A DNA stretch of 64,000 bases. It comes from a virus. How positions within the stretch are numbered: position 1 is the first letter of the stretch; each line of letters begins with the position of its first letter. Where the stretch lies: positions 20,280 through 84,279 of IMG/VR virus record IMGVR_UViG_3300020810_001175; one strand, 5' to 3'. Position numbers and translations under genes: made by a program. This document shows positions 9,342 through 19,541 of this stretch, piece by piece. Under the pieces are notes generated by a model. It had not been told where the DNA came from and did no database searches. It worked only from the letters and a program-made list of their open reading frames with translations.

Positions 9342-12300
9342 ATGGCATTAGTTTCACCAGGAGTACAGGTTAGTGTAATAGACGAAAGTTTCTACACACC
9401 AGCAGAACCGGGCACAGTCCCAATGATATTTGTTGCTTCGGCACAAGATAAAACAAACAGTTCAGGAACAGGAACAGCACAAGGTACATTAGCCGCTAAC
9501 GCAGGCAAAGTATACTTGATGACTTCACAAAGAGAATTAGCAGAAACATTTGGCGATCCAGTTTTTAAAACTGACGCAAGTAATAATCCTATACACGGTG
9601 GTGAAACAAATGAATACGGATTACAAGCGGCTTATTCTTATTTAGGTGTAGCCAACAGAGCATATGTTGTAAGAGCAGATATTAACTTAGGACAATTAGA
9701 AGCAAGTGCAACAGCACCGGCGGCTAATCCAGAATCAGGTACATACTGGTTTGACACAGCAAACTCTAAATTTGGAATTTTTGAATGGAATGGTGCTTCT
9801 GCATCAACAACAGGCGGACAAACATTCACAAACAAAATACCTCACGTAATCACAGACACAGCATTTGTATCAGCAGGCATTCCTAAAAACTCTTTTGGAC
9901 AAGCAGGCGATTATGCTATCGTGGCTACTGACGATGCTAACACAATGTATTATAAAAAATACAACGGTGACTGGGTAGCAGTTGGAACAGCAGACTGGGT
10001 TGGATCAAATCCAACTGTTTCTGGTTCTACAGCAACAGCAGGTTACACAGGTGTTATTGGTTCAGGTACAAACTTTACAATCACTATTAATGCTGGTGTG
10101 ACAACAATCACAACAACAGGTACAACAGTAACGCAAGTTGCGGCAGATATTTCAGGAGCAGGTGTTTCAGGTTTATCAGCAAGAGCAGTTGGTGGTTTAT
10201 TAGCGATTTATTACAATGGTTCGGCAGATGCTGACATTCAAATTGCAAGTGGTACATTAGACACATCAATAGCATTAGGTATTGCTCCTGGTACTTACTA
10301 TGTTCCAGCATTATCAACTGGTCCACACACTTCAGTTCCAGCATTCAAATCAACAGATTCGAATCCAAGACCAACTGGTTCTGTTTGGGTTAAAACAACT
10401 ACTCCTAATTCAGGGGCTGTTTGGGCAGTTAAAAAATTCAACGGTACTACAAAATTATGGGAAACTATTTCCGCACCAATTTACGCAAGTAACGAAGAGG
10501 CTTTATACAATTTAGATAGAGCAGGCGGCGGATTAAATCTTGCTGTAGGCGATCTGTATATTGATTGGGAAAATTCTGCAACTGGTTTAGATCAAACTAT
10601 TCACAGAAGAGAATCAACAGGTTCAACAGCAATCACAAGTTCAGTGATAGCGGCACAAGTTTCAACTGGTGCTCAATCATTTACTATTGCTGAATCAATT
10701 GTTGGTCAAGCGGCTTTAAATTCAGCAATCACTGTTAGTGTAACTCCAACAGGAGCGGCAACTGACGCAGATTTAATTGCTGGTCAAATCAATGGCGCAG
10801 GCTTTACAAACATTAAAGCAAGTGTTGATGCAACTAACAGAGTAGTAATTGAACATACAAAAGGCGGAGACTTTGTGATAGTAGATACATCAGGTGTATT
10901 TGCTTCTATGGGATTCTCAGCATACAATTATGTGACAAAAGCAGGAACACCAAACTTATACACAGATGGTTCAAACTTTAGAGCAACTAACTGGAAAATT
11001 TTATCTTACACACCAAGTGACACAGCAGTAACAACAACTGCGGCAGACGGTCAATTATGGTATTCATCAATTGTTGATGAAGTTGATATAATGTATCACA
11101 ACGGTACAGACTGGAAAGGATACTCAGCAGTATCAAGTTCAGATCCAGCAGGTCCACAAGTTAAATCAACTGCTCCAACTACACAATCAGATGGAACAGC
11201 ACTTGTAGAAGGTGACTTATGGATTTCAACAGCAGACTTAGAAAACTATCCAACAATTTACAAATGGAATGCTTCTACTTTGAAATGGGTTGAAGTTGAC
11301 AAAACTGATCAAACAACAGAAAACGGAATATTGTTTGCTGATGCGAGATGGAGTACAGCAGGTGCTAATTCAACTGCGGCTACAATCGCTGAATTATTAG
11401 CAAGTGATTACTTAGACACAGATGCTCCAGATCCAGCATTATATCCAAAAGGTATGTTGTTATGGAACCTAAGACGTTCTGGATTTAATGTTAAGAAATT
11501 TGTGAGAAATCATGTTGATGTAACAGCAAGAAACACAAGAGGTTCAGACAAAGACTCTCTAATGTCAAGTTACTATCCACACAAATGGGTAACTGAATCA
11601 GCAAACCAAGTAGACGGTGCAGGTTCGTTTGGCAGAAAAGCACAAAGAAAAGTTATTATACAATCTTTACAAGCAATGGTTAACTCTAATCAAGAAATTA
11701 GAGATGACGAATCTAGATTGTTCAATTTAATGGCAACACCTGGTTATCCAGAATTGATTGGTGAAATGATTTCACTAAACAATGATAGAGGATTATCAGC
11801 ATTTATAGTTGGTGACTCACCAATGAGATTAACACCAGATGCAACAACTTTACAAGATTGGGCATCAAATGTTAAAAAAGCAGTTGAAGATAACGACAAT
11901 GGTTTAGTAAGCACAGACTCATACTTGGGTGTGTTTTATCCATCAGGTTTCACTTCAGACAACTTTGGTAACAATGTAGTTGTTCCAGCATCACACATGA
12001 TGTTAAGAACTATTGCGTTAAGTGATCAGGTTAGTTTCCCATGGTTTGCTCCAGCAGGAACTAGAAGAGGTGGAATTACAAACGCTTCAGCAACAGGTTA
12101 TATCAACAGCGAAGGTGAATTTGTTTCAACAGCATTAAATGAAGGTCAAAGAGACACATTGTACACAAACAATGTAAACCCAATCACTTTCATAACAGGT
12201 GCTGGTTTAGTGAACTACGGACAAAAAACTAGATTTGCTGGAAGTTCTGCACTAGACAGAATCAACGTTGCTAGATTAGTAATCTACTTAAGAAGTCAAT

Positions 12301-12572
12301 TGAACAAATTGGCAAGACCTTATGTGTTTGAACCAAATGATAAAATCACAAGAGATGAAATCAAGGCTCAAGCAGAAAGTTTATTACTAGAACTAGTGGG
12401 TAATAGAGCAATCTATGACTTCTTAGTTGTGTGTGATGAATCAAACAACACACCTACAAGAATAGACAGAAACGAGTTGTACTTGGATATTGCAATTGAA
12501 CCAGTCAAAGCAGTTGAGTTCATCTACGTACCATTAAGATTGAAAAACACTGGTGAAATAGCAGGATTATAA
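9342..12572 (+). CDS. gp18: Tail sheath protein
   Basis: MALVSPGVQVSVIDES N-terminus; WFAPAGTRRG, RINVARL, FEPND, IEPVKAVEFIYVP C-terminus; SD AGGAG and CATAAATA at 9290. Confidence 0.95.
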   Translation: MALVSPGVQVSVIDESFYTPAEPGTVPMIFVASAQDKTNSSGTGTAQGTLAANAGKVYLMTSQRELAETFGDPVFKTDASNNPIHGGETNEYGLQAAYSYLGVANRAYVVRADINLGQLEASATAPAANPESGTYWFDTANSKFGIFEWNGASASTTGGQTFTNKIPHVITDTAFVSAGIPKNSFGQAGDYAIVATDDANTMYYKKYNGDWVAVGTADWVGSNPTVSGSTATAGYTGVIGSGTNFTITINAGVTTITTTGTTVTQVAADISGAGVSGLSARAVGGLLAIYYNGSADADIQIASGTLDTSIALGIAPGTYYVPALSTGPHTSVPAFKSTDSNPRPTGSVWVKTTTPNSGAVWAVKKFNGTTKLWETISAPIYASNEEALYNLDRAGGGLNLAVGDLYIDWENSATGLDQTIHRRESTGSTAITSSVIAAQVSTGAQSFTIAESIVGQAALNSAITVSVTPTGAATDADLIAGQINGAGFTNIKASVDATNRVVIEHTKGGDFVIVDTSGVFASMGFSAYNYVTKAGTPNLYTDGSNFRATNWKILSYTPSDTAVTTTAADGQLWYSSIVDEVDIMYHNGTDWKGYSAVSSSDPAGPQVKSTAPTTQSDGTALVEGDLWISTADLENYPTIYKWNASTLKWVEVDKTDQTTENGILFADARWSTAGANSTAATIAELLASDYLDTDAPDPALYPKGMLLWNLRRSGFNVKKFVRNHVDVTARNTRGSDKDSLMSSYYPHKWVTESANQVDGAGSFGRKAQRKVIIQSLQAMVNSNQEIRDDESRLFNLMATPGYPELIGEMISLNNDRGLSAFIVGDSPMRLTPDATTLQDWASNVKKAVEDNDNGLVSTDSYLGVFYPSGFTSDNFGNNVVVPASHMMLRTIALSDQVSFPWFAPAGTRRGGITNASATGYINSEGEFVSTALNEGQRDTLYTNNVNPITFITGAGLVNYGQKTRFAGSSALDRINVARLVIYLRSQLNKLARPYVFEPNDKITRDEIKAQAESLLLELVGNRAIYDFLVVCDESNNTPTRIDRNELYLDIAIEPVKAVEFIYVPLRLKNTGEIAGL

Positions 12573-12598
12573 TAAGATAAATATTATAGGAGAAACAA

Positions 12599-13225
12599 AT
12601 GAGTATATCTACACTATCAAAAATTACAGTACCTTTAGACAGTAACCAATCTGCTTCTAATCAAGGTCTGTTAATGCCAAAGTTACAGTATCGTTTTAGA
12701 GTAAGTCTTGAAAACTTTGGTGTATCTACACCAACTACTGAACTTACAAAACAAGTTGTAGATGTAACAAGACCCAATTTAACTTTCGAAACAACAACAA
12801 TTGATGTTTACAACTCAAAAGTATATCTAGCAGGTAAACACAGTTGGGAAACTGTAACACTTACATTAAGAGAAGATGTTTCTAACAATGTTCAAAAACT
12901 TGTTGGTGAACAATTACAAAAACAATTTGACTTCTTTGAAATGAGTGCGGCGGCTTCAGGTAGCGATTACAAATTCGTTACAAGAATAGAAATTACAGAC
13001 GGTGCGAATGGTGCCAACCAAGTTAATGTTTTAGAAACATTTGAACTATATGGTTGCTACATTGAAAACGCAAACTATAACCAATTAGCATATGGTACAA
13101 GTGACCCTGTAACAGTAACATTATCACTAAGATATGATAATGCTATACAAACACCTCAAGGTACTGGCGTAGGAACTGCTGTAGGCAGAACTGTAAACAC
13201 TTTAATTACAGGCGGCGGTGCGTAA
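12599..13225 (+). CDS. gp19: Tail tube protein
   Basis: Follows the sheath; PKLQYRFRV, LAGKHSW, LRYDNA; GATAAATA at 12576. Confidence 0.85.
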   Translation: MSISTLSKITVPLDSNQSASNQGLLMPKLQYRFRVSLENFGVSTPTTELTKQVVDVTRPNLTFETTTIDVYNSKVYLAGKHSWETVTLTLREDVSNNVQKLVGEQLQKQFDFFEMSAAASGSDYKFVTRIEITDGANGANQVNVLETFELYGCYIENANYNQLAYGTSDPVTVTLSLRYDNAIQTPQGTGVGTAVGRTVNTLITGGGA

Positions 13226-13250
13226 TTTTCGTAAGCATTTATAAAGCAAT

Positions 13251-13272
13251 AAGGGGCTTCGGCCCCTTTTTT
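13251..13272 (+). terminator. Rho-independent terminator
   Basis: GGGGC-TTCG-GCCCC stem-loop followed by a T tract. Confidence 0.9.
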
Positions 13273-13314
13273 GTTTTTAAAACATCACATTTTTCCCGTA
13301 CATAAATACAGTAT

Positions 13315-14448
13315 ATGGCAAATTTACTCAAAGGGTTTTTAGATAATGTGTTCAAAGGTACCTTGAATCCAAAAGGTAATTTGGCAGATTTTGCTCACGC
13401 ATCAAGATTGTATGTTGATGACAGTTTTAGATTAGCACCCAAACAAAAGTTTTTATACCATGTTGTATTCAACATAAACCCACAAGCAAAAGTAACTGAT
13501 CCACCATTAAGCAATCATCAACGTGAATTGAATATGTTGGTAAAATCAGTGGACTTGCCACAATACACTGTGGACATGGTAACTGCACAACAGTACAATG
13601 TAAAAAGAAAAATACAAACAAAAATTTCATACGATCCAATCAACATCACATTTCATGATGACAATTATGGAGTAACAACTGCTCTTTGGGAAACATATTA
13701 TAGATATTATTACAATGACGGAAATTATGGATCAAAAGATACTCAAGGAAATCAATCTACAAACACAAACAGATCATACAGCAAAAGCGGTGGATTGACC
13801 AACAACAAGAACACACAAAACAGATTTGGTTTAGATAATGATGCTAACATTCCATTTTTTACCAGCATACAGATTTATCAAATGGCAAGAAAAACTTACA
13901 CTTGCTATACGCTGGTAAATCCAATTGTGCAAAGATGGCAACACGACACAATGAACAATCAAGAGTCTGCACCAGTACAGAATCAGATGACTGTGGAATA
14001 TGAAGCAGTGTTTTATTCAAGAGGCAGAGTTCAAGCCAACGGTGCTCCAGCAGGATTTGGTCAAGAGCATTACGATAAAACCCCATCACCTAATTCTTTA
14101 TCAGGTGGAGGATCCACAAGTTTATTAGGTACAGGAGGAATTCTTTCAGGTCTGTTTGGAGCCAACGACGGACCATATACATACATTGGTAGTCAATTAG
14201 GTGGAGGTAGAGGAGGAATCACATTGGGTTCAATAATACGAACTGCCAACAGATTAAAAAATGCTAAAAATTTATCAAAAGAAGGATTAAAACAAGAAGG
14301 TTTCAATATATTAACAGGAGCCATTGGAAGAATAGGAAACACAGCAGATCAAGCCTACGGTGTGCCTAACACATTTATAGGAAGAAGTGCTTCAAATATT
14401 GGTTCAGGTTTAAAAGCAGTAACAAAAGCATTAATAAGGAATAGATAA
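13315..14448 (+). CDS. Baseplate tail-tube initiator/cap (gp48/gp54-like, tube-fold)
   Basis: Tube-like region VKSVDLP...YDPINITFHDD...MTVEYE; follows the tube gene. Confidence 0.6.
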   Translation: MANLLKGFLDNVFKGTLNPKGNLADFAHASRLYVDDSFRLAPKQKFLYHVVFNINPQAKVTDPPLSNHQRELNMLVKSVDLPQYTVDMVTAQQYNVKRKIQTKISYDPINITFHDDNYGVTTALWETYYRYYYNDGNYGSKDTQGNQSTNTNRSYSKSGGLTNNKNTQNRFGLDNDANIPFFTSIQIYQMARKTYTCYTLVNPIVQRWQHDTMNNQESAPVQNQMTVEYEAVFYSRGRVQANGAPAGFGQEHYDKTPSPNSLSGGGSTSLLGTGGILSGLFGANDGPYTYIGSQLGGGRGGITLGSIIRTANRLKNAKNLSKEGLKQEGFNILTGAIGRIGNTADQAYGVPNTFIGRSASNIGSGLKAVTKALIRNR

Positions 14449-14810
14449 TGTCAAATTTACCAAGTAACAACAACGATAGCAATCGACCAGTAAAAGAATT
14501 TTTCAATAATTATTTCAATGATACTCTTTCTTTTCCAAGCAATGATGTTGATGCTGTGGTTGGATTTTTTGAATCAAGAGGTTTCGATAGAACGGCAAGT
14601 ATTTCAACTGCCACGGTGATACTACAACAGGCTAAAATTGACGGAGTAAAAGTTTTTGAATTGTTAGATACACTTAAAGGTATGGATAAAGTTCAATTGA
14701 GTTATATTGTAACAGAAATTTTAAACCATAACAGATCAAACACATCTTCCCTTGGATACAAAGTAAAAACTGAAAACAGTTTATCTGAAAAAAGAAACAT
14801 AGTGGTATAA
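14448..14810 (+). CDS. Hypothetical virion morphogenesis protein
   Basis: Translationally coupled ORF in the tail module. Confidence 0.5.
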   Translation: MSNLPSNNNDSNRPVKEFFNNYFNDTLSFPSNDVDAVVGFFESRGFDRTASISTATVILQQAKIDGVKVFELLDTLKGMDKVQLSYIVTEILNHNRSNTSSLGYKVKTENSLSEKRNIVV

Positions 14811-14814
14811 TCCA

Positions 14815-15252
14815 ATGGCGAAGTTCGCTCAAGGTAGATTCCAAATGAAATTTCCAGACAAGTACATTGGAGGAAGAACTCCATTGTATCGTAGCAGTTG
14901 GGAATTTGCATTTATGAGATTTTGTGACGAAAGTCCTAGCATACAAAAATGGGCTAACGAATCGATAAAGATTCCGTATAAACATCCACTCACAGGCAAA
15001 TACACAATTTATGTTCCTGATTTTTTTATTGCATACACAGATAAAAATGGGAAGCCACACGCAGAAGTGATAGAAATAAAACCAGAAAATCAAACACTGG
15101 TAGAGAAAGTTGGAAAGAATAGATACAATCAAGCACAATTGATTATAAACAAAGCCAAATGGATGAGTGCTCAAATGTGGTGTAAGAACAAAGGGTTTAA
15201 GTTTAGAGTAATCAATGAAAAAGATATTTTTCACAATGGTAGAAAAGGTTAA
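14815..15252 (+). CDS. gp4: Head completion protein (T4 gp4, TnsA-like nuclease fold)
   Basis: YRSSWE..FM.FCD, W.NE.IKIPY, YVPDF, EIKP, NKAKW, INE. Confidence 0.88.
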   Translation: MAKFAQGRFQMKFPDKYIGGRTPLYRSSWEFAFMRFCDESPSIQKWANESIKIPYKHPLTGKYTIYVPDFFIAYTDKNGKPHAEVIEIKPENQTLVEKVGKNRYNQAQLIINKAKWMSAQMWCKNKGFKFRVINEKDIFHNGRKG

Positions 15253-15788
15253 TGAGCGTTCGCAAAATAAAAGAATGGGCGTGGCCTTTTATTAAAAATT
15301 TTAGAACATACATAGATGTTGGTGCTCTTGATGGAGACACTTCTGTTCCATTTGTAAATGATTTTAAAAAAGTTATTGCGTTTGAGCCAAATCCTTTAAC
15401 ATTTAAAAAAATTCCAGAAACAATCGAAAAATATAATGTTGCATTAGGCAATACTAACGAAACACAAACATTGATAATTCCAGATAACAAACAAAACAAT
15501 CCTGGTTATGGAAGTTTTGTACGATATGGAAAAGGTTTAGGTAATCACAAAGTATCTGTTAAATGTTTAGATGATTATAATTTTGAAGATGTAGATTTTA
15601 TAAAAATAGATGTTGAATGGTATGAATTAAAAGTTTGCCAAGGTGCAGAACAAACCATAAAGAAATATATGCCAACCATAATGTTTGAAAACAAAAGAAA
15701 CGAAGCAGATAATTGTAAAGCCTACCTAGAATCACTTGGATACCAAACCAAAAAGTACAAGTCAGAGACCATAGCATACACTAAATAG
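15252..15788 (+). CDS. FkbM-family methyltransferase
   Basis: IDVGALDG, AFEPNP, LDDY, DFIKIDVE. Confidence 0.85.
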   Translation: MSVRKIKEWAWPFIKNFRTYIDVGALDGDTSVPFVNDFKKVIAFEPNPLTFKKIPETIEKYNVALGNTNETQTLIIPDNKQNNPGYGSFVRYGKGLGNHKVSVKCLDDYNFEDVDFIKIDVEWYELKVCQGAEQTIKKYMPTIMFENKRNEADNCKAYLESLGYQTKKYKSETIAYTK

Positions 15789-15799
15789 AAATATAAGTT

Positions 15800-16330
15800 A
15801 TGACCAAAAAATTAGAAGAACTACTCAATCTTCCAGAATCACAGGATATTGTGAAAGAAGAACAAGACAAAGCCAAAGTGGAAGAGAAAAAAGTAGAAAA
15901 GAAAAATAAAAGCATTGAACAACAGCAGTCTACAATGAGTAACATTGCCGAATTTGATAAAATTGCGGCGGCATTACCAAAAGTAGAAGGGTTAGGTGAA
16001 ATGGGAGATGCTGAACTAGACGATGTGGGACAAAGAGCAATCACAGCCTATGAAGACCTCATGGATTTAGGCATGAACGTTGAAAGCAGATATTCAGCAC
16101 GTATTTTTGAGGTAGCAGGACAAATGCTTAAAACCACATTAGATGCCAAAGTTGCCAAAATAGATAAGAAGTTAAAAATGGTGGATTTACAACTAAAAAA
16201 ACAAAAACAAGACATTAAAACAGGTGATTCCGACTCAAACGTGGTGCAAGGTGAAGGATATGTAATATCAGACCGTAACAGTTTATTGGAAAAACTAAAA
16301 AAGATGGATAAATACAACGATGACAAGTAG
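15800..16330 (+). CDS. Probable terminase small subunit
   Basis: Helical protein MTKKLEELLNL...DLMDLGMNVE...DRNSLL upstream of terL; assignment mainly positional. Confidence 0.5.
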   Translation: MTKKLEELLNLPESQDIVKEEQDKAKVEEKKVEKKNKSIEQQQSTMSNIAEFDKIAAALPKVEGLGEMGDAELDDVGQRAITAYEDLMDLGMNVESRYSARIFEVAGQMLKTTLDAKVAKIDKKLKMVDLQLKKQKQDIKTGDSDSNVVQGEGYVISDRNSLLEKLKKMDKYNDDK

Positions 16331-16907
16331 ATTAAAACAGATATTAGCAGAAAGCACAAAATCATACCCATTTAAAATTGGAGTAGCAGGTGATTTACCT
16401 GAAGGTTTTGCTGACCATTTAGAATCAGCACTAGAGAAATTTGTGGTTGTAAAAATGAGCAACGGCAAGAAAACTCCAATACAAAAAAGACCATTAGATT
16501 TTCCTGCTCTTGAAAATGAAAGAGCAACATACTTCGAAACAGAATTACAATACCCAACAACAACACAAGTTCTACAACAGTACATCAAAAACTATTGTGG
16601 TATACCTGAAAGTCATGTAATTGTGAGAAACCCAAATGAACCACAAGAAGCATACCAAGAACCTAAAAGCGATGAACCATACGAAGCAATGTTAAATTCA
16701 GAATATGAAGAAAACAAAGATGCACAGAAGTCAGCAGGCTCTATGAGAGTTATGGAATTATTGAAAGAATTAGAGAAAGCACGTAAGGAAAGACACGCAC
16801 CAGATGCCGCAGGCGATATCAAAGCACCTAAGGATGGTGGTACAACTGAAAATGCTGAAGACTCAAAAGGTAAAGTTTCACCGATATCAGGAAAAGGAAA
16901 AAAATAA
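16320..16907 (+). CDS. Hypothetical (probable head) protein
   Basis: GATAAATA 5 nt before ATG; N-terminal LxE motif (LKQILAES). Confidence 0.55.
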   Translation: MTSRLKQILAESTKSYPFKIGVAGDLPEGFADHLESALEKFVVVKMSNGKKTPIQKRPLDFPALENERATYFETELQYPTTTQVLQQYIKNYCGIPESHVIVRNPNEPQEAYQEPKSDEPYEAMLNSEYEENKDAQKSAGSMRVMELLKELEKARKERHAPDAAGDIKAPKDGGTTENAEDSKGKVSPISGKGKK

Positions 16908-17461
16908 TGGACATTAGAGATTTTTTATACAAGATTGATGCTATTCAAAACAAAGAACAATTAAAAGAAGATGTTAAAAGAACACACATCAAAGAAGCAT
17001 CACAAGTTATGTTGTATGGTGACACACCAGAAGACATGGCGGCAATAGCACAAATTTTTAAAAGTGCAGGAGTTACGCCTCCGGCAATAGCAATTGGTCC
17101 TAAGCCAGAAGAAAGTGTAGAAGAAGAAATTCCAGGCAAAGCAAACACAACACCTGAACCAGAATACAAAGACACGCAATACATGACAAAAGATTTATCA
17201 GGTGGTGCAAACAAAATTAAAAAGTCTTACAGAAAAGAATATCCTGGAGACAATCCTATGGCAGTTGAAAAGACTGAAGAAGTTCAATCATCAATCAAAG
17301 AAGCATTGAAACAAGCCTACGAAGCAAAAAAGAAGGCACAATCACCATACGCAATTGGCATGGCAAAAGCAATGAAAATGAAAGGTGACACACCACCTTT
17401 AGAAAAAAGCACAATTAAAAAAGCACACGACATAGCCAAAGCAATCGCAAAAGACAAGTAA
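16907..17461 (+). CDS. Hypothetical (probable head) protein
   Basis: Coupled ORF, charged, several L/IxE motifs. Confidence 0.5.
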   Translation: MDIRDFLYKIDAIQNKEQLKEDVKRTHIKEASQVMLYGDTPEDMAAIAQIFKSAGVTPPAIAIGPKPEESVEEEIPGKANTTPEPEYKDTQYMTKDLSGGANKIKKSYRKEYPGDNPMAVEKTEEVQSSIKEALKQAYEAKKKAQSPYAIGMAKAMKMKGDTPPLEKSTIKKAHDIAKAIAKDK

Positions 17462-17501
17462 TAGCATTTAATCTTTTCATAAAAATCAGTTAAATATTTT
17501 T

Positions 17502-17927
17502 ATGAGAGACAGTTACATCTGGGCTTTTTACAAAATAGTAAAAGAAGTTCAAACAAAAACTGGATACGAGTTACCACACAACGTGGAGTCTTACGTCACG
17601 ATACTTTTGGCAAATCACATAGATAAAACAAATTTCCTTCCAAAGAAAACATTTGCAGAAAGTTTTTTAAATCTTTGTTACACATCTTGGAGAGATTCAG
17701 TTGCGTTGGGCGATACTTGTTTATTCATGACAGGAGTTTTTCCAGAGTATCATACTTCTAAAGGATTTGATGTAGAGTATTTCAGCAATATAGGAAAATC
17801 ATCGTATGACCAAGCAACTGAAAAAAATCCAGAGTCGATATACGGCACACTGTCAAAAAACTTCAACTTTGTGCGTGATTTCATATCTATCACAGTCAAT
17901 AAGAAGGATTTGACCCCCATCTTGTAG
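17502..17927 (+). CDS. Conserved hypothetical protein
   Basis: LGDTCLFMTGVFP...YFSNIGKSSY motif; TAAATA 5 nt upstream. Confidence 0.6.
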   Translation: MRDSYIWAFYKIVKEVQTKTGYELPHNVESYVTILLANHIDKTNFLPKKTFAESFLNLCYTSWRDSVALGDTCLFMTGVFPEYHTSKGFDVEYFSNIGKSSYDQATEKNPESIYGTLSKNFNFVRDFISITVNKKDLTPIL

Positions 17928-17941
17928 CATAAGTACAGTAT

Positions 17942-19525
17942 ATGAGTAATAAAAGTTTAGATGGTGTTCTTACCAAAAAAGCACACCAACGAGAAAAATT
18001 CACAGAAGAACAAATAGCAGACTTGGCGGATTGTTCAGACGCTAAGAGTGGTTTTGAATATTTTGCCAAAAAGTTTTTCTATATACAGCACCCTGTAAAA
18101 GGTAAATGTGTATTCGAGCCATTTGAATATCAAAGAAAATTGTTACACAGTTATCACGATTACAGATTTAATATCAATATGTTGCCTAGACAGAGTGGCA
18201 AGACCACCACTGCGGCTTGTTATCTACTTTGGTATGCAATGTTTCATCCAGATCAAACTATTTTAATTGCGGCACACAAATACACAGGTGCTCAAGAAAT
18301 TATGCAACGTATAAGATATGGATACGAACTGTGTCCTGATTATGTCAGAGCAGGTGTAACCAACTACAACAAAGGATCGATGGAATTTGAAAATGGCTCA
18401 CGTATTGTATCAGCAACCACAACAGGTAACACTGGTAGAGGTATGTCTATTTCATTATTATACTGTGATGAGTTTGCGTTTGTTAATCCGGGCATAGCAC
18501 AAGAATTCTGGACTTCAATATCTCCAACACTGGCAACAGGAGGTAGAGCAATTATAACATCGACACCTAACTCAGACGAAGATGTGTTTGCTACCATATG
18601 GAGAGAAAGTCAAAATAAATTTGACGAACACGGCAACGAACAAGAATTGGGCATAAACGGATTTCATGGATACACAGCCAGTTGGGACGAACATCCTGAC
18701 AGAGATGAAGAATGGAAAAAACAAGAACTAGGGCGTATTGGCGAAGAAAGATTTAGACGTGAATATGGTTGTGAATTTTTAGTGTATGATGAAACACTGA
18801 TCAACAGTATTGTGTTAACCACATTAGAAGGTGCAGAACCAACATTGAACATGGGACAAACACGTTGGTATAAAAAATTAGATCCACACAGCACATACGT
18901 TGTTGCATTAGATCCTGCTATGGGTACCGGTGGAGACAATGCGGCAATTGAAGTTTTTGAATTGCCAAGTTACGAACAAGTTGCAGAATGGAAACACAAC
19001 ACAACTGCTATTCCTCAACAAGTAAGAATTTTAAGAGACATATGTAACTATATCAAAGAAGAAACAAAATCTACAGGTTCTAACATCTATTGGAGCGTGG
19101 AAAACAACACTATTGGTGAATCAGCATTGTTGGTTATAAATGATTTTGGAGAAGATTCAATACCAGGATTATTTGTATCAGAACCTATAAGAAAAGGACA
19201 TATTAGAAAGTTTAGAAAAGGATTTAACACCACACACAAAACAAAAATTAGTGCTTGTAGCAGACTAAAAAATATGATTGAAAAAAGCAAATTAAAGATA
19301 CACAGTAAACCTTTAATCAGCGAACTTAAATCTTTTATTGCTTCAGGATCATCATTCAAAGCAAAATCAGGTCAAACAGATGACTTGGTCAGTGCTACAC
19401 TATTGATAATGCGTATTATAAGTGTGTTAAAAGACTGGGATCCTAAAATATACACATCATTCAGTCAAGCAGACGAAGATACAGCAGATAAGGTAATGCC
19501 AATGCCTATCTTTGTAAGCCACTAG
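17942..19525 (+). CDS. gp17: Terminase large subunit
   Basis: PRQSGKTT Walker A, LLYCDEFAFV Walker B, ITSTPN motif III, ALDPAMG and DDLVSA nuclease motifs. Confidence 0.97.
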   Translation: MSNKSLDGVLTKKAHQREKFTEEQIADLADCSDAKSGFEYFAKKFFYIQHPVKGKCVFEPFEYQRKLLHSYHDYRFNINMLPRQSGKTTTAACYLLWYAMFHPDQTILIAAHKYTGAQEIMQRIRYGYELCPDYVRAGVTNYNKGSMEFENGSRIVSATTTGNTGRGMSISLLYCDEFAFVNPGIAQEFWTSISPTLATGGRAIITSTPNSDEDVFATIWRESQNKFDEHGNEQELGINGFHGYTASWDEHPDRDEEWKKQELGRIGEERFRREYGCEFLVYDETLINSIVLTTLEGAEPTLNMGQTRWYKKLDPHSTYVVALDPAMGTGGDNAAIEVFELPSYEQVAEWKHNTTAIPQQVRILRDICNYIKEETKSTGSNIYWSVENNTIGESALLVINDFGEDSIPGLFVSEPIRKGHIRKFRKGFNTTHKTKISACSRLKNMIEKSKLKIHSKPLISELKSFIASGSSFKAKSGQTDDLVSATLLIMRIISVLKDWDPKIYTSFSQADEDTADKVMPMPIFVSH

Positions 19526-19541
19526 ACGATAAATATACTAT

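Noticed and set aside
14815-15252. TnsA transposase / Tn7-like element
   Set aside because: Same fold as T4 gp4 and lies in the morphogenesis module, with no tnsB/C or transposon ends.
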